From Archangium sp. (GTDB taxonomy: Bacteria; Myxococcota; Myxococcia; Myxococcales; Myxococcaceae), in assembly GCA_031367385.1 (NCBI GenBank), contig JANLPS010000285.1, positions 1 through 20,921 of the forward strand: DNA of 20,921 nt. Direction: 5' to 3'. The notes under the pieces are model-generated. The model was not told where the DNA came from. It saw nothing but the letters and a program-made list of their open reading frames with translations, and searched no databases. Below are positions 18,682 through 20,921 of this stretch, piece by piece (position 1 is the stretch's first letter; each line of letters begins with the position of its first letter). The position numbers and the translations under genes were made by a program.

Positions 18682-18727
18682 CAAGCCTGTTTCGTGAGGG
18701 GCCGGGTTGCGCTACACCGCGCGACCT

Positions 18728-20038
18728 ATGCTTCGGCCCCTCGCCACTTTCGCGCTCGCTGCCTGCCTGCTGGCGTGCCCGTCGGCGCGGGTCATCACCG
18801 GCTCTGACGGCGGCACCGCCGACTTCGTGGGCCGCTCATGCAGCATCGACGCAGAGTGCGGAGCGCTGCGCTGCGACCCGATTCGCCGCCAGTGCATCTG
18901 CCTGTCAGACGAGAGCTGCAAGTCGGCCGATTCGATGGCGGCTCCGAAGTACTGCAACAACTACACGGGCCTGTGCGTCACCGAGATCGCCGGCTGCAAG
19001 ACCGACGCTGAGTGCGGCACCACCTCATTCTGCGACCCCACGATTCGCGCCTGCCGGCCGCTGAAGACCTTCTGCGAGAGCTGCTCGTCGAACAATGAGT
19101 GCGGCGGAGCGGGTGACAACTGCATCACCGATACGGGCTTGAGCCAGAAGTTCTGCGGCAAGGCATGCGGGGCCGACGCCGATTGCCCCCGCGGCACGAA
19201 GTGCCAGACCAAAGATGGTGCGCAGCAGTGCTGGCCCGACAAGACCGGCGCCGGGCTGCCCGCGACGTGCTTGAACTTCGCCGGGTGCACGCCCGACTCG
19301 CTGAGCGCGTGCACCACCACCGCCGATTGCGCGAACCCCGCGCAGCGCTGTGACGTGAGCCGCGGGCAGTGCGTCGCGCTGGTGCAGAGCTGCCCCTTCG
19401 GCACCACCTGCGACCCTCGCGCGAAGCTGTGCGTGGCCGAGTGCTCGCGCGATCAAGACTGCGGTGACGCGAAGCTGCGTTGCACCAACAAGGTGTGCGA
19501 GCCGATCAGCGCCTGCACCCTCGATACGCAGTGCGCCGACAACCGGGTCTGCACGATTTCGCCGGGCGGGGCCGAGGGCACCTGCCAGCCGTTTTGCCAG
19601 AGCAACAGCGAGTGCCCCTTCGGCCAGATCTGCGACCGCCAGGGTACGCGGGTCACCTGCGTGGCGGGCTGCAGCAGCAACTCCGGGTGTGCGCTCGACC
19701 AGCGATGCAACCCGACCACCAAGAAGTGCGAAGGGCCGGTCATCGGCACGACGAAGATCTGCCAGGCGACCAACGCGTGCGGCAGCTGCCAGCTGTGCGA
19801 CGGGCTCAAGAACGAGTGCGTGTCGGGGCAGACGCAATTTCCCCACTGCCAGGCGTGCGGTTCGCAGAGCGACTGCCCAGGTGGCGCGTGCGTGGCGATG
19901 GCCGATGGCCAGACGGTGTGCGTACGCAGCTGTGGCAACGGCCAAGACTGCCCTCAGGGCTTCGCGTGCTTGTCGCTGACCACGGGAGGCCAGGCGTGCG
20001 TGCCGGCCGACCGGTTGTGCGGCACCAAGTGCCAGTAA
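18728..20038 (+). CDS. Cysteine-rich repeat lipoprotein (~436 aa)
   Basis: Signal peptide MLRPLATFALAACLLAC with lipobox LLAC. There are 64 Cys by manual count, in repeated C-x2-D/N-x2-C-x4-6-C-x4-10-C units. ATG 18728 is preferred to TTG 18707. Confidence 0.9.
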   Translation: MLRPLATFALAACLLACPSARVITGSDGGTADFVGRSCSIDAECGALRCDPIRRQCICLSDESCKSADSMAAPKYCNNYTGLCVTEIAGCKTDAECGTTSFCDPTIRACRPLKTFCESCSSNNECGGAGDNCITDTGLSQKFCGKACGADADCPRGTKCQTKDGAQQCWPDKTGAGLPATCLNFAGCTPDSLSACTTTADCANPAQRCDVSRGQCVALVQSCPFGTTCDPRAKLCVAECSRDQDCGDAKLRCTNKVCEPISACTLDTQCADNRVCTISPGGAEGTCQPFCQSNSECPFGQICDRQGTRVTCVAGCSSNSGCALDQRCNPTTKKCEGPVIGTTKICQATNACGSCQLCDGLKNECVSGQTQFPHCQACGSQSDCPGGACVAMADGQTVCVRSCGNGQDCPQGFACLSLTTGGQACVPADRLCGTKCQ

Positions 20039-20050
20039 CGGTCAGTGCGT

Positions 20051-20078
20051 AAACGTTGAAACTGACAGTTTCACGTTT
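20051..20078. promoter_or_regulatory. AT-rich inverted repeat (candidate operator, or weak hairpin after the lipoprotein gene)
   Basis: TGAAACTG-A-CAGTTTCA (20057-20073) is a perfect dyad, extended by AAACG/CGTTT with one bulged T. Confidence 0.6.
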
Positions 20079-20090
20079 TGTAACGTGAGC

Positions 20091-20117
20091 TGTAACCTCA
20101 CCTTGGCGTTCGTCGTT
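20091..20117 (+). promoter_or_regulatory. Possible ECF-sigma promoter
   Basis: TGTAAC (20091-20096), 17 nt, CGTT (20114-20117) fits the generic ECF AAC...CGT pattern, about 90 bp upstream of ATG 20208. Confidence 0.3.
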
Positions 20118-20207
20118 GGGGCCACACGCCTTGCGAAGGCGAATGAAGGAGACCGGGCACTCAAGCGCTGATGTCGCATGGTGCGTGGGTCAGGTGTCTG
20201 AGACCCC

Positions 20208-20762
20208 ATGAAGAAATGTCTGATGCTGATGCTCATCACCGTGCTGGGTGCGTGCGGCGAGGTCTCCCTGGCCGTCGATGGAGGCACCGTGGCGGCCATA
20301 CCCGACGGCGGCCCTGACGGGGGCAGCGTCGACGCAGGGCTGGTGCGCGCCAGACCCGACGGCGGCCCTGATGGGGGCAGCGTCGACGCAGGGCTGGTGC
20401 GCCCCATACCCGACGGCGGCCCTGGCTGCTCACCCTCGACGCCCGGCAACCCGTGCAGCGGGGCTCTTCGAGGCGCCGCGGGGTGCGACGCTCCGATTGC
20501 CCAGTGCGATGCCGCGACCGAATTCATTCTGAGCGTCGCCTGTCACTCTTTGCCCGATGGTGGGCAATACGAGGTCAACGGCATTGCGGGTTCCTGGTGC
20601 TACCCCTTGCCTCCGCAGTGCCAAGCGGCCCCGAGCTGCGGCTGCCTCGAGCAGTACGGAGGCTTCAGCCACGATGCCGGCCGCCTCGACTGCCCGGGCA
20701 ATTACTTCTTCTGCATCGACCGCGGCCTCGCCGTGCCCGACCTGCACTGCAACCCGCCCTGA
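20208..20762 (+). CDS. Small lipoprotein with PDGG-repeat linker and 12-Cys C-terminal domain (184 aa)
   Basis: Signal peptide MKKCLMLMLITVLGAC with lipobox LGAC, then PDGGPDGGSVDAG repeats, then a domain with 12 Cys including CYPLPPQC...PSCGC. Confidence 0.85.
   Translation: MKKCLMLMLITVLGACGEVSLAVDGGTVAAIPDGGPDGGSVDAGLVRARPDGGPDGGSVDAGLVRPIPDGGPGCSPSTPGNPCSGALRGAAGCDAPIAQCDAATEFILSVACHSLPDGGQYEVNGIAGSWCYPLPPQCQAAPSCGCLEQYGGFSHDAGRLDCPGNYFFCIDRGLAVPDLHCNPP
20301..20424 (+). repeat. 54-bp in-frame tandem repeat, about 2.3 copies
   Basis: Units start at 20301, 20355 and 20409 (partial, 16 bp). The two full units differ at 3 of 54 positions and encode PDGGPDGGSVDAGLVR(AR/PI). Confidence 0.95.
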
Positions 20763-20921
20763 CGCTCAAGGCATTCGAAACGGGTGCACGATCGATTTCA
20801 GCGGTTTGACGCACGGCGTTTCTTAAACATTGGGAGCTTTTTGACCTTGGGCCCGTGCCTCCCGGCCCAATGAATCGCCCCGTAGAATCGCTCTGCGCCT
20901 GCGGTGCGGTAGGCGGCACGA

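Noticed and set aside
20301..20424. Possible mini-CRISPR
   Set aside because: The repeats are contiguous, in frame and lack unique spacers, and there are no cas genes in the window.
20847..20870. Inverted repeat TTGGGCC-N10-GGCCCAA
   Set aside because: It has a 7-bp stem, a long loop and no following U-tract on the + strand, and the downstream context is cut by the window edge.

Overview
High-GC chromosomal window, very probably from a myxobacterium (Myxococcota), inferred from the giant TPR protein, the Cys-rich lipoproteins and the REC-CxxC regulator. In order it holds: (1) the last 42 codons and right inverted repeat of an IS4-family element, which the ORF track misses, ending 3 bp from the stop codon of (2) a response regulator whose only output is a four-Cys putative metal-binding tail; (3) a divergent ~1750-aa polytopic membrane protein with an N-terminal zinc ribbon; (4) a SnoaL/ester-cyclase-like lipoprotein gene split by a 1-nt frameshift in an A4 run; (5) a 3328-aa TPR-like solenoid with a ~304-aa higher-order period and a degenerate M48-peptidase-like C-terminus; (6) rho, with a well-spaced sigma70 promoter, a C-rich leader and a ~125-aa charged N-terminal extension; (7) a 64-Cys lipoprotein; (8) an AT-rich palindrome and TGTAAC repeats; (9) a small Cys-rich lipoprotein with a recent 54-bp tandem duplication. 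No RNA genes or CRISPR arrays are evident. I cannot show a new multi-gene system from sequence alone. The best leads are the two giant uncharacterised proteins, the frameshifted lipoprotein and the rho leader and extension.
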